36,127 bases of DNA from a virus (Duplodnaviria > Heunggongvirae > Uroviricota > Caudoviricetes). The stretch's first letter is position 1; every line of letters starts with the position of its first letter. The notes beneath the pieces were generated by a model that saw only the letters and a program-made list of their open reading frames with translations, did not search any database and was not told the DNA's origin. Positions 35,377 through 36,127 of this stretch are shown here, piece after piece. A program made the translations under genes and the position numbers. The DNA is taken from the IMG/VR virus record IMGVR_UViG_2627854066_000004, positions 1 to 36,127 of that record. The stretch is one strand, 5' to 3'.

Positions 35377-36127
35377 GGTTTATCAGACTGACAATGCCAC
35401 GCTCTGTCGTGGGAATGCGCTGGAAATATTGCCGCTGATTGAGCCAGAAAGCATTGATGCCTTAATCACTGACCCGCCTTACAGTTCGGGTGCGACACAC
35501 AAGGCCGGACGCACCAACCAAGGCAGCCATGCAAAATATCTGAACGGCGAGAACCTTCACCGCTTTGATGGGTTCGCGGGTGAAAACATGGACGCCCGTT
35601 CGTGGGCTTACTGGACACAATTATGGATGGCACAGGCACACCGCGCAGTCAGGCCGGGCGGTTATGCCCTGGTATTTACTGACTGGCGACAACTACCAGC
35701 TTTAACCGATGCGTTTCAGGCCAGCGGCTTTACATGGCGCGGCATCATTGCGTGGAACAAGGGGAGGGGGTCACGAACACCCCATACGGGGTATTTCAGG
35801 CATCAGTGCGAATACATCGTCTGGGGCAGCAAAGGCCATTTAGATAAATCGCCTTCGGGGCCGTTCGACGGCTGCATGACGTACCCGGTTATCCCGTCAA
35901 AGAAAATGCACCCGACCGGAAAACCAGAAGAACTAATGGCGGAACTGGTCAGGACTGTGAATAGTGGCGGAACAGTCCTTGATCCTTTTATGGGGTCAGG
36001 GACAACGGGTGTGGCTGCACTGAAAGCAGGGCGAAAATTTATTGGTATAGAAACCAGTGATCATTATTTTGAGGTAGCAGCGCAGCGGCTTCGGGGGACT
36101 ATTACCACAACCATTTCGGCTACATAA
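35321..36127 (+). CDS. DNA methyltransferase, beta-class amino-MTase (N6-adenine or N4-cytosine)
   Basis: 268 aa; catalytic motif ITDPPYS near the N-terminus and the AdoMet-binding motif DPFMGSGTTGVAA near the C-terminus (motif IV before motif I). Stop codon is the last three bases of the window. Confidence 0.85.
   Translation: MTVGIAIQHQPAHTPEHTKVYQTDNATLCRGNALEILPLIEPESIDALITDPPYSSGATHKAGRTNQGSHAKYLNGENLHRFDGFAGENMDARSWAYWTQLWMAQAHRAVRPGGYALVFTDWRQLPALTDAFQASGFTWRGIIAWNKGRGSRTPHTGYFRHQCEYIVWGSKGHLDKSPSGPFDGCMTYPVIPSKKMHPTGKPEELMAELVRTVNSGGTVLDPFMGSGTTGVAALKAGRKFIGIETSDHYFEVAAQRLRGTITTTISAT

Noticed and set aside
1-36127. CRISPR arrays, rRNA genes, insertion sequences and P2 tin/old homologues
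   Set aside because: No regularly spaced short direct repeats with unique spacers, no rRNA-like sequence, no transposase-like ORF with terminal inverted repeats, and the A-Q interval is occupied by different genes.

Overview
Almost the whole window is one P2-family (peduovirus-like) prophage, read from sequence alone. It runs from the integrase (stop codon at 1-3, so the attL side is outside the window) through ogr at 34223: int, C repressor, cox, eight small early ORFs, replication initiator A, an accessory hotspot (8053-11406), portal Q and terminase P on the minus strand, then O-N-M-L-X, lysis genes, R-S-V-W-J-I, tail fibre H, a multi-cassette invertible tail-fibre region with a Gin/Hin-family invertase, the tail block FI-FII-E/E'-T-U, D and ogr. 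Beyond ogr lie a Hok-like toxin ORF, a zinc-ribbon/TM2 membrane protein and a Mu Com-like zinc finger gene overlapping a DNA methyltransferase. The best candidate for an undescribed system is the hotspot between A and Q: an StbA/ParM-like actin ATPase with an StbB-like partner, followed by a separate three-gene unit whose first protein ends in a near-copy of the ClpX zinc-binding domain. Two structural genes (terminase P, baseplate J) carry single-base homopolymer frameshifts, and the FI-U tail block is inverted relative to canonical P2 order. No rRNA, tRNA or CRISPR array was seen, and attR and cos could not be placed. All homology statements are from recalled motifs, not database searches.
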